DNA of 64,000 nucleotides. Source: Ylistrum balloti. Its lineage: Eukaryota. The stretch spans positions 186,001 to 250,000 of the forward strand of contig NW_026782406.1 of the NCBI RefSeq assembly GCF_031769215.1. The letters are read 5' to 3'. Positions within the stretch are counted from its first letter, which is position 1. Each line of letters opens with the position of its first letter. This document shows, piece after piece, positions 23,505 through 34,873 of the stretch. The position numbers were made by a program, and so were the translations under genes. The notes under the pieces were generated by a model, which saw only the letters and a list, made by a program, of their open reading frames with translations, made no database searches and had not been told where the DNA came from.

Positions 23505-23720
23505 TGATCGAGGTTCTAGTTGACAACATTTTCATCGAATTTAGAGGTAAGACGTTCAACAGACTATTGGCTACCTATGGCAACTAACTGTGCCCCTGTA
23601 TTAGCTGACTTGTTTTTGTTTTCATACGAGGTCAGATTTAACAAGGTGCTTATCAAAACAGGTTGCAAAGTCCTTGCAGATTCCTTCAATTTCACTTTCA
23701 GACCTATTGATGACATCATG
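23505..23720 (+). mobile_element. Penelope-like RT core fragment (motifs B and C)
   Basis: VLVDNIFIEFRGKTF, frameshift, then PMATNCAPVLADLFLFSYE ... SFNFTFRPIDDI, a decayed version of PMGTNCAPLLADLFL and FRYIDD. Confidence 0.8.
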
Positions 23721-24779
23721 TGTCGTGGTGAAGAAGACGATGTTAAGTCTTTCGGAAAACCTGGTCTTATTCTTCTCGTACTTTTTAGGAGTGTCCGTGT
23801 AAATCTTAATGGTTATCGTAGTGGTTATTTTTGCTCATTTTGTATATCGCATGTCTTAAGGTTGATCTTGTGTAGATGTACATCTTTCTTTCGTTCATAT
23901 TTTGACCTAGTTTTATTGAATTTGAGCTTGGATTATGTTGATATATTTGTATTGTTGAATGTTATTTACAGATAACATACTTTTGTGATTAAGGTACATA
24001 CAAATAACACCGTGAGGTTTCGTTTATTTCTATTATGTATTATATATCTGCCATTTATGAAGTTCAACAATTAATTATATATATTGATGCTATCAGACGT
24101 TCTTTTTCTCATATCTTTGTTTTTTGTATAATCTCGACCTTTGCCATACAGTTCACCGTACAGGTCACAACTGACAACTGTTTTGCCATCGTTCTCTAAT
24201 CTTCTTAATGCCGTTATAACAAGTAAATTGAAAAGTATGACAAAATCAAAATGGAAGAAAACATTATCAGGAGTGAACAACCAGATCAATTGGCTTTTAT
24301 ATCATCCATGAATGTTCATTAAAAACATACTTCAATAAACTCGATTATCATTTGAGAAGGTGACATGCCTCATTGTGATTGGAATGACGAGTGTCGCTGA
24401 TGAAGCTGGAATCACTTTTCCTTCCAAAACATCTCACTCATCTGTATAATTTCAGGGATATGATGTACACCTTTGTGTGTTTTTTACCTAGAAAAAGTTT
24501 GAACTAAGATATTAATATATTTTACTATCGATTTTTTTCTTCATTTTCATAATATTGATTCCGCACTGCCGATTTTGTTTGCGGTAAGTGGTCCCAAAAC
24601 ATCAATAAGATAATAAATAATTCCTATACAAGATAAAATTTTACTTTTAGTGGTATCTATTTCTGAGCAGCCAATTATGATTCAAGGGACATAACTCGCA
24701 CGTGCTTACACAATGTGCTGTTGTAGATCTCCGTGTTTGAAGGTAAATAAAATTGTCTGTTTTGCATACAATGGAAGAC

Positions 24780-26450
24780 GGCGAAGTTTGGTGATTTGTT
24801 GAGAACTTAATCGGTTACCACGGCAAATTTTCTAGAAATATGAGGTATTCCAAACTTCAACTGTCACGGTGATTCATCAGTAATTTCGCAGATATTGAGA
24901 AAATGGAAACATCATAACAGGGAATAGCATATCTAACGCAAAAGGGGGCACTGTTGAGCTACTGGACGGGAATGAGAACACAGGAAAATTTTAACACTAC
25001 TGGAAACAAAGGAAGAGATGGGTTACGACACGGAGGGAAATTTTCATTCAAGAGCCACCAGTTCTGACAATTTGACACAAGAGTCAAGTCATGTCCTGTG
25101 AGTTTGGAGACGACAAAGATTTTCAGATTCATGACCAAGTCATAGATAAATGTAAATCTGGAAAAAGGAGTAACACTAACACAAGTGAAAATGCTAGAAA
25201 TTAGTAGAGCCTACGAAGACAGGCAGTTGAGATGCAGGACGAAACGTTACCTACTGTTTATGAAACGAAAAAGGACGTAAATCCGATTGTAATGTGTAAA
25301 GTAACCATAGTAACCCAGGTAGCCAGACTGAAAAACGTCCGAGTGTTTCCGACATGGGAGACTTAGCCATTATTCTAAAGATCCAAAATGTTCAGCATGA
25401 ACTAAGACATGCAATAAATGTGTGACATTTCCAGAAACATTGCAGAACTAAAGTTAAAAAAGCTGGGAATGTAAGACAAAAGGGCGTACGGTGAAACCCG
25501 GACAAGAGCAGGTAGTTAGATAGAGAGTACGTATTTGGTGTTTCCAAGGATCCATTTGTTGAACATATTCAACTGTAAGTTGGAGAAGGGTCCACGTCCT
25601 TTCCAATTGACTCTGCAGCAAGGTTAATATTATTGACCGGAATCAATGGGAAAAGTTGAAAAAGGCTCAGATTGACTGTAATAGTTATTGAACAGATCAG
25701 AAACCGTTGGCCTATTGGTTTACTACTCCATTGCTTTTAGTAGGATGCGTTGAGGCAGATATTTCGCTACGTTACAAGATAATACCTCAGGTGAAGTTTT
25801 ATGTCTTGGAAGGTACAGACCAATCATTACTTAGTAAGAATGCAACTATGCATTTGGGAGTCCTTCATGGAGGTACTGAGACTATTTGTAATGTTACACC
25901 AGGTGTCTGTAATAAGGAACTTCTGCGAAGGTGTCCACAATATTTTACAGGTATCGATAAGCTCTTAGACTATCAAAGGACAATTACATTAGTCCAGAAC
26001 GTATAATCAGTTGGTCAGTCGTTAAAATGTACGCCATGCCATGTGTGGGAAATACTTGACTCGAAAATACAAAAATAGAAATTAATATCAAACTTGGACA
26101 AATGTTAGCTTAACGTGCCACAAGTTGAAAGCTGTCGTGAATGAGAGACAATCGTCACATGCTTCAGAAGTAAGAAGATTTACAGGCATAGTTAATTTTA
26201 GATCACGATTTCTGGCAAATCAACAACAACCTTTAGCCAGAAAGGACGCACTATTTACCTGGGCTCAAGAACGATCATTTCAGAAACCTAGGGAGCTGTT
26301 GTCAAATGCAGGTGTATTGGGATTTTTTCAACCCAAAATGTAAGACGCAGGCAATCGCGGATGCTTCGCCTGTAGGATTAGGTTGAGTCTTGATACAGGA
26401 GCAGGAGGGTCACATGCGTATTTCAGACTTCCTGTGTGTGCAAGAAGAAT
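24780..26450 (+). mobile_element. Decayed Ty3/gypsy LTR retrotransposon internal region (gag zinc knuckles, protease, RT-RNase H link)
   Basis: EFGDDKDFQIHDQVIDKCKS (gag); degenerate CCHC knuckles at 25350-25450; protease-like DSAA region and LAYWFTTPLLLVGCVEAD...KFYVLEG...LLSK (ORF 25707-26006); KAVVNERQ..SEVRRFTGIVNF..RF...FTW..ERSFQK..ELLS.A.VLGFF (ORF 26125-26343). Many stops and frameshifts; no LTR pair found. Confidence 0.8.
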
Positions 26451-27163
26451 TTGCTTATAAAACATGTTTTTTCTTTTAAAGCAGCTATATGTTTACTATA
26501 GGTAAATATATTGCTAAAGAAAGCATTGGCATGTCAAAAGAAGCCGAAGACAAACTCATATTCGATGCAAATAGGAAAATTATGAATAATTGCACAAGGG
26601 TAATATTTTTATAGACATTTGCTTTTTCGTTGTTGAACCTTTGTAACAGAAAACATTTCATAGCAGTGATACAGCATACTATGTTTAACATAACAAAAAC
26701 CATACCCCTTCAAAAGAAGCACAGAATATAACCTCAATTTATCGTGTCTGTGTACTAGGGACTATATATATGATAGTAGATATGAAGTTGAACGAGATTT
26801 TCATACATTTTGTTTTTATTTTTGTTTTTTTGTTTTGTTTTCGCCAGAACTATTACTTATATATCAGCATGGAATAAGATAAACAGTATCAGAATGAGTG
26901 AAACTGCTTGTTGTTTACGAACGCACAATGAGCACATGGTGATAGCATGGTGTACTTCTTAACCTCAGGTTAAAATCCACATCATCACATTGTCCTAATG
27001 TAATATTTCATCTAATATCACGAAAATCATAATCTTGCTTTAAGTAGCACTTAAATCTTTTTCCAATTTTTTGTCCAAAAATGTAATAATCAATATATCT
27101 TGGATGTACAAGTTTTTTAGTTTTGCAAGGCATTCAATTCCGTACTACATCACTCACAGAGTG

Positions 27164-28669
27164 TTATTTGTGAACCATTTCCTCACCAAAGTCGTACATT
27201 TGTATAGCATTTCTTGTTCCAATGGCAAAAGTATTGTTATCGAATGCTGTGATGGATACGCCTTCACACTTAATCTTACATGTGTACCCTTTTGAGTGAG
27301 GGTCTTCTATGTCAACCGCAAATAATTTCTTATTATTGCACAGACAAACAACAAATTTATTCATATAACAAATATCGATCGGATTTTCTTGTTCTCTTAA
27401 GGTTACACCGGTAACTGGCTTCAATCTCTCAGTAAAGATGATAATTTCTTTTCTGTCTGCCATTCTTGGCACTTGTTTGATGCGTAGCACTGCAAGATGA
27501 TTCGAAGAACTCTGTAGGATCTTGATCGGGCTAACCGTGGGCATCGTGGGTAAGAATAATGAATCCTCATTGAATTTGTACATTTGCTTTCCATCAGTAG
27601 TATACATGATAATCCCGTAAGCTGTACCAACAACAATGGTTTCTTGTCTGGTGTGGCACAGTGCCATTGGTTTATGTTGTACAAAGAATCGTATGACTAC
27701 TGTTTGTGGCAGAATCACTTCCCGAATACTTTTGTCTCCACCAGAAATCCAAACATTGTTTGTAACAGGGCAAACACACAATCCTGTTATGTGAACAAAA
27801 CAATTAAGGCTGTGAATGACCTTTCCGGTTTTATCAAGTCTAAGAATGGACACTTCGTCTTTGCAAATTATCCAGAATGTACCATTTCTACCAGCACATA
27901 AGCCTATCGATTCAGCCTCGTGTGGTATATGGGACTTAAATGCGAACATCCTTTTTTCTTTGTTTTTCCGCCTAGGTGGAATTTTCTGGGTAGTTGCCGT
28001 GTTTTCAAATGTATCCTCGTTGGTTTCTACAGATAATTCACCACATAATTTTTTAAGCTTGTCTGTTGTATTAGTACATTTTTGAAATGATAGGGAAATC
28101 AGTTTGGACGGCGCTGGAATAACAGGCATGTTGATATCATCTTCCATCCAGAATACTCTAATATCAGTTCCATGCGTAATTGTTTGTTTACATTTTGACA
28201 GATAATCCTGAAATGTCGCAACTTGAGACTGCAATTTAGACTTGCACTGAAGAAGTGCATCTTTGTTCTGTTTTCCAGCAGAAACACAACGAGCAACTTT
28301 CTCCCGGGTGATCTCGTCAATAAGTTTTATGTTGAAACCTGCGTTATGTCGAATTTCCTCCGACATTGACTGCGTTTCTTTTGCATTCTGAAGAAGTTTG
28401 CTGTTAATCTCATCATCAGAAGTCAGATCTTCACACATTAGTTCAAGTGATTCTATGTGGTTCAACAGTTTCTGTTTTCTCTCTATGACTCGTGAGGCAA
28501 GTAGATCGAGACTGTGCCCTTTGTGGATCGAAGTGACACATTCAGTACATGCGAACGGTCGCTTCTCCGATTTACATTCTTCACATACGTATAAAATAGG
28601 TTTCCCGCCATGATGCCTACACCCGGTGGATGTTTTGTCTCCATCAATGTGTCCTGAAGCCTCGGCCAT
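27164..28669 (-). CDS. RING-less TRIM-like protein: B-box zinc finger, coiled coil, C-terminal NHL-like beta-propeller, 501 aa, intronless CDS
   Basis: Long uninterrupted ORF. N-terminal CRHH...YVCEEC...FACTECVTSIHKGH (B-box2 pattern), a helical heptad-rich middle, and C-terminal repeats such as HITGLCVCPVTNNVWISGG, PMALCHTRQETIVVG and PIDICYMNKFVVCL. Confidence 0.88.
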   Translation of the reverse strand: MAEASGHIDGDKTSTGCRHHGGKPILYVCEECKSEKRPFACTECVTSIHKGHSLDLLASRVIERKQKLLNHIESLELMCEDLTSDDEINSKLLQNAKETQSMSEEIRHNAGFNIKLIDEITREKVARCVSAGKQNKDALLQCKSKLQSQVATFQDYLSKCKQTITHGTDIRVFWMEDDINMPVIPAPSKLISLSFQKCTNTTDKLKKLCGELSVETNEDTFENTATTQKIPPRRKNKEKRMFAFKSHIPHEAESIGLCAGRNGTFWIICKDEVSILRLDKTGKVIHSLNCFVHITGLCVCPVTNNVWISGGDKSIREVILPQTVVIRFFVQHKPMALCHTRQETIVVGTAYGIIMYTTDGKQMYKFNEDSLFLPTMPTVSPIKILQSSSNHLAVLRIKQVPRMADRKEIIIFTERLKPVTGVTLREQENPIDICYMNKFVVCLCNNKKLFAVDIEDPHSKGYTCKIKCEGVSITAFDNNTFAIGTRNAIQMYDFGEEMVHK

Positions 28670-29624
28670 ATTACAGAATATGAACTACTGAAACATTCTA
28701 ATCTGATCGTTAGTCAAATAGATATATTTAACGTGTAGACTTTGATATTTATTTAGCACGAGTATCTTTATCACACCCTACAGGCCATCTACAAATGTAT
28801 AACTATATACATTTCTTGATAAGAGCGATATTACTACAAACTATTGGAGTAGTTATTTATTCTTAGCTCGTGTAACTTTTTAAGTGAAACACATCGCAAC
28901 AAAATAGCCTCATTCAACTATCCAACTCGGGAAACGTGTATATCAGCAGTTTAGTTTTTTCTTGTGTGATTTTAAAATTGAGAAAGGAGATTTCTCTTTT
29001 ATATCCATGACGTCATATCAATAACACCAAGTATTCAGATAACAACATCAGATACATAAAAAGACCAAACAGGTTGCATGTTGCAATATTTAGCATGCTT
29101 CGTGTTAAAAACTGCACTTCCATGGGATGGAAGTTATTTTTTTCCCTGTCAGACATGAAAAATGTGTCGGGATTGTGTAGAATTTTACATATGTAATATT
29201 AATGGTTGTTGAGACACTAACGTTTTTATGAAATATTGACCTTCATGTCCTCACAGTAACAAAGTTCATGAAAACCAAATCCATGGGTGATATGAACACA
29301 AAGAGCCACCTACAAAATGATAGATACTGAAGAAAACAAAAGCAGATTCGATCGCTCAGAAACGGAATTCAATGTTTGTTTGATACATACCCAATATTCC
29401 TGACTGCGCACTTTGTAATTGTAATGTAACTATAAACTAGATAACAAACAAATGCATTAGAAAAAAGAAACGTGTAAACAGAAATTCCTAAAAAGTGCTA
29501 GAAGACAAAGTGTCCCGGAAGGGTAAACGTTTTATACTTCATTGATGATAATAAAAAAATGTTAATCTTTGTCAATCTAAGTTATGCAAGGTTCTGAATT
29601 TTTTTCCTGAAATCATTGGTCATG

Positions 29625-30065
29625 TTTGAGATCAACAGGTATAGCAGATTGGTTATGAAAAATACATCATTACCCGTATATATATTTATGAACTACATAA
29701 CAATTACATTAATAGTAGAGAGATGAAATTTGTGTAAATAAAAAATTTCCTCTGATTTCTGACATCTGATTGTCATGGTTACCTACTGAAAAAATGCTAA
29801 AAATGCAAAATTACTGCTAATTCCAACCTGACATTATTACTTCCTGCAAAGCTAGTTTTTGGTGCGCTGACACAGATTCGAGACTGCCCAAATAGTAATC
29901 TTCAACACAAATCTTAGATATTATTCTGAAAAAAAATGAAACCCCAAAATGTCCACTTTAACATGACAAGACCAATTTTAGCAAGGATTTATTTTTTCAA
30001 TTTTAATTTAAACCTTTATAATAGGGTAATCTAATGAACAAAAGAAACCAATGACCACACCGAGG
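29625..30065 (+). repeat. Dispersed repeat, copy 1 (probable non-autonomous DNA transposon)
   Basis: High identity by eye to 46575-47160 (ttggtcatgtttgagat..caggtatagcagattgg ... gtagagagatgaaatttgtgtaaa ... ttttggtgcg..gacacagattcgagac.gcccaaatagtaatct ... ttaacatgaca). Family not identified. Confidence 0.8.
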
Positions 30066-30964
30066 AACTGTGAACTGCTTCCTAGGAAGTTAGCTTTAGC
30101 ATGTGGGAATTCAGGATATATGATGAACCCAACAGCACCGAATACGTTCATCATCATACAAGTTTAAGGAAAGAATAAACTCTAACAAATTCTTTAGATA
30201 GATCACTATCAAAGTTGTAGTAACGTTAATTCATGCCAAAATACTCCCTGACGTGTCAATAACGGGCTCTTATTGACAAAAAAAATGTTATGAAAAGCGT
30301 TTTAGTTGTATATCAAACTAAGAATATTCAGTGTATTTAAACAACAATTATCCCATTTATCTCATTACAAGAACGACTTCTGCAGGATTTTATACGTCAA
30401 GATGATTAAAAACCATACTTATTGATGTTAAAATATAATTTTGCTACGTTATTCAAACTATGGAAGCCCCCTACACTCAGACTGTTTACTTTAAATTGTC
30501 GTTTGTGGTTATGGGACCGCGGCACGTTGTCTACACTGTATCATTTAAGGTGATTCTTCTTCAGGTGTCAGGGTTATTGGTTGATTTTCAAACCTGTGTT
30601 ATTCTATCACACATCTGCAAAAAGACTTATATATCTACATCGTAGTCATGAAAACACCATTTGCCATAATCCACATCAACTGCATCACTCTAATCCATTT
30701 GCGGACGATCTAAACTACAGTTTACCACAGCCATAAAAACATTACATATACAGTAAATAACCACTCCAAGAAATTAATATGTGTGTATTTGTTCATGGCT
30801 ATTGTAAAATCACAAAAGTTCTCCCTACAAACGAAGATATGTTCAATATTTAATACTGAAACCTCCCATGGACAGAATTTATCAATGTAAATACAAACAG
30901 CAAACAAAAGTTTTCCTTACATCGTGCAGCAATGTCTTCATCAATCGATAATTTCTTTTAACTG

Positions 30965-31110
30965 TCTCTCGCAGAACACCCCACCTGGTAACATCATACT
31001 GACAACAGGGGACCCAGTCATTACATGACCAAAATGCTGAATGTCAACCAGGTAATAGTAACGACCATCTTTAATGACCCCGGTATGCTTGTCCCGGTCT
31101 TGAGTCACGG
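30965..31110. mobile_element. Degenerate SINE-like dispersed repeat fragment
   Basis: 30978-31025 matches the 89-bp satellite unit at 43000-44510 at 42 of 48 positions. The ccccacc..gtcacattatactgacaac motif is recalled as part of tRNA-derived bivalve SINEs. Confidence 0.5.
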
Positions 31111-33599
31111 AACAAAGTTTCATTAACACTTAACTAAAGGTCAAAAGTGTTGCACTTTTAGGAGAGACAGTAGGAAGAGGAAAGGTCTTTACAAAGAGAG
31201 AAAAATATAAAGATTCCAAGTTATTTTTTTACAATCATGCATTGGGGACAGTAGGTACTTTTCCTACGTATGCACGTATGTATGTGGATATGAAAACACC
31301 TTATCTAACTGTAAAAGGAATTCCTGGATTGAAGCAAATTTAATACTATCTGAACACATGGCTCATATTGTGTAAGCTAAAATAGTTCGAAAAAACAACG
31401 TGAAAATGAAGCGGGAGTACAAAACAACAGGAAAAAAAGACTGACTGCAGAATATCAATTGAAATTCAAAACTGTAACTGTGGCAAAACATAAACAGATG
31501 AAAAAAGGTCACTCCTGAAAAGGAATAAGAGAAAAAGATCAGGTGTTCTGGATAGGTAAGCATTGACAGAGAACATAGCAACAATTCCGTATAATAAAAA
31601 AATAAAAAAAATAAAATGAAATTATATTTAGCCACAGAAATAGTGTCATTTTGCATGTCATTCACAACATCATTCAGGTGGAATCACTTACATATGAATA
31701 AAGTTCATCCTCGAATTTAACATCATAACACATAAATGTGAGTCGAAGATAATAAATTACACCCGCTATTTCACTGCGTAAATTTCAAGAACCGGCTCAA
31801 GTATAAATGCATTTTTTTTCTCGGTTGGCATCACTTTGCCTCTTTTCTTTAGTGTTCTACAGAATTACCTTCTGATTTCCGTAAATATTTCAATTAAAAA
31901 TATTTCGCTGAAAATATTTAACTTAAATATCGATAGATCCTTAAAGAAACGGTTTTGTTTCTTGTAATAAACAAGTTTAGTGTATTAATATGCATGCCTT
32001 ATTTTGACTCAAATACAATGTGAGTTTTCTGAAGTGAAATATACCTATTGATAATCTGATTCAACATACTGTTATAGCTACATCATTCTGATTGCTTTTC
32101 GAATTTTGAATTGAGTTATACAGTTACAAATCACGTACAAATGATACCCGGTCGACGCATACATTTTCTGTCCTTTCGATGCAATTAAGATAATTACTTC
32201 TCTACTCCGTATTGTATGTGTCAGCATAGTGTTATCAGCAGATAGCATAGTAGGAAACTGTGAGTTACGGAGAGGGACGTTAACTACTTTTCATTTCATA
32301 AAGAAATTAATAGCACAAGTCTGGAATCGTTATTAATTTCACATTTCCTCTAGCGTGATTAAAAGAAAAATTGAAGACGGGATTATGTAATGGTTGTCAT
32401 GCAACTAATAAGGTGTAGTTACGTGATTAAAGAGGAATGATGAAAAAAAGTATTAATCAACAAGGAACCGGAAAGCGTGGGTGGTATGTCTCCTGTTGTT
32501 GGTATCAACGTCCAAACACTGTTTTTGTCACGATTAAACCCTAAACTTCTACCTGGTGTTCCCGAGATTGTCTCCTGTTGTAGTGAAATATCTGATGTGA
32601 CCGTGGCTGCATTTAAGCGGAATATGGTAATACCCATCATACTGAACATTTGAAACAAGATAAACAAATATACTCACAATCGCCATCTTCCTCCAGAGCG
32701 AATTCAAAATACCTAGTAGAATTTCTTATACTGCTTCAACTATGATCACTTGATGTATAAGTTTGTTGATTTTTCTTCTGTAAAATCTAAACGGATATTT
32801 TCTGATGGTGGAAACTTTGATAAAAGAAGCAGTTCATTTATACAAAATTAATGGAAGAATTGAAATTCTGATATAGCTAATATTTTTTTTTATATATATT
32901 TTTTATTTAATCATTTAAAAAATATACCTTTAAGATAAGAAGCATTGGTCAATTATATTTGTTTTTGTTAGTTAGCGTATAAAAGCTATTTCATAAAATG
33001 TCGCCAAACTCTTGTTTCTACAACCTGACTGAGTTGAAATGTGCTGTACGAAATCATGTCCCCTAGCTTTCTCGCGACAACCTGAGTTGAAATGTGCTGT
33101 ACGATAAATGTCCTACCATTGTGTCAACAACCTGAGTTCAAATATGCTGTGCTAAACAATGTCGTCCTAACTTTTTGTTAACAATCAATTTACTGAAGTG
33201 TTAGAATCTGTTCTTTATCTGTAGAAACAATACCCGATAGAACATTTTACCTATTCATGTCTTCAATTAACACCCCTTACATATCCTAACCCATTTCATA
33301 TCATATCATATCATATTCATATATATCAGCTGCTCTTTTAAATAAAGATTTTTCCATCACGTCCATGTGTCGTTGTTTGTGCTGACACATGTCGGTATGT
33401 CAAAAAGAATGATCTACAATGAAAATTCCGAATGAAGCGAACACTTGATTTGGTGCATTTTTCATTGTGTACAATTGTCAAGTTGAAGGTAGGCTAATTT
33501 TACTGACGAATTGCTCATCCGAGTTAGATTTTGACATTTCTTTCAATCACGTTCGTTTTTCCTCTGTCGTCTCCTAGGTTTAAACATTAAGGCCCTTGG

Positions 33600-33630
33600 C
33601 ATCACTGATGAAGCACTCATATGGTGCTGT
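33600..33630 (+). ncRNA. Inactivated hammerhead (stem II variant GCAC-TCATATG-GTGC; GAAAC segment missing)
   Basis: CATCA-CTGATGAA-GCAC-TCATATG-GTGC-TGT. The family 5' flank aggcccttgg is present and GAAACAG is absent. An identical copy is at 48368-48398. Confidence 0.55.
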
Positions 33631-33765
33631 TTTACTGACTATTTGGTTGTACTTTGTCTTGTATGTGTATTAAAAGGTGTTTAATTCACTTGTGTTATTT
33701 AACAAGTACTTGGCACTTTTCTCAAATTATCTTCGCTTTGTAGCCCTCAAAATTTAGGCCCACAA

Positions 33766-33807
33766 CATCACTGATGAGTCCTAGAAGGACAAAACAGCTG
33801 CATGATG
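33766..33807 (+). ncRNA. Single 45-bp-family hammerhead unit (inactive)
   Basis: catcaCTGATGAgtccTAGAAggacAAAAcagctgcatgatg has G12 changed to A and the triplet GCA instead of GUA. Confidence 0.8.
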
Positions 33808-34873
33808 CATTATAATTATTTGGTTCTGCCTATCTAACTAACCGCTTGTGTATCTTTACATGTACTTGACGCTGTTCTAAAATTATCCGAAATATGAAAA
33901 TTATGGGTATGCCTTGTAATTTGTTTAATTAATGTCGTGTACATCCGTTATGATAACCATTACCTCTTTTGTCTGATAACAATGTCGGACTCTACAGAAA
34001 TGTATATGTGATATATATTTCAAAATGATTAAGATATTATTTATGTTATTCATTTATAGATTTATTGGTGAGTTGTCATTTTATCTCTTTGCAAACGTGA
34101 ACAATTGAAAAATCGCAATGAAAACTGATTAAGTCTGATACAATTACATACTGAATATAGCTAGCTATAGAACACCGTGTATATGGTGTGATTAGCGATT
34201 ATTTTCATTTGGAACCTCTCTGTCTTATTCACCTGTTGTATTGTAAACATCCTACAACGTTAGCCTGGAGAACATAATATGGCAGCCCCCACTCCCGGAC
34301 TGTTGACCAAAATTCGCGTCATCTACACAGCATGCTTTAAGGTGACTCTTCGTTGATATTATACTTTAGGTGTTCAGATCATTGTTTGATTTTCGGACCA
34401 GTGTTATTCTATCACACATCTGAAAAAGCCATGTTGATATAGCTATATGTATCAATCTAACCAGTCCACTTGCAGCACAGGGAAGCACATACATATTTGA
34501 GTCAACATCCCAATGAGAACATATGTGTGTCATATGTACCGGTAGGACTAAAAATCAATAATATGTTAAAGCTATCGTCAGCATTACTTCGAGTTATAGT
34601 TCATTTAATGAAACATTCAAGCTAACTAAACTTTCAGAACTACATTATAATAAGTATATGTGTGGCGCATTTCTCTGTATATCTATCAGATGCATTTAAC
34701 AGCTGACATACAGTGTTAAGTTATGTTGTATACTTAGAAAGCAATCATCAAGGTGACTAAACTTATTAGAAGCTCATTGTTATCAGGTACCTAATATGAT
34801 GAAATGCGCGTCCTTTATCTCCAAGCCTTACAGCAAGTTGATAAGACGTCTTACATTTCATCAGTCGAGAAAC

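Larger units (their letters stand above)
32010..33830 (+). repeat. Local segmental duplication, copy A
   Basis: Colinear matches: 32010-32100 to 44880-44950, 32465-32670 to 45085-45285, 32970-33190 to 45455-45760, and 33190-33810 to 48045-48650. Confidence 0.9.

Noticed and set aside
24397-24430. CTGATGA in a PLE tail copy as another hammerhead
   Set aside because: No stem II hairpin or GAAA follows; other tail copies read gtcgatgaag or gttgatgaaa.
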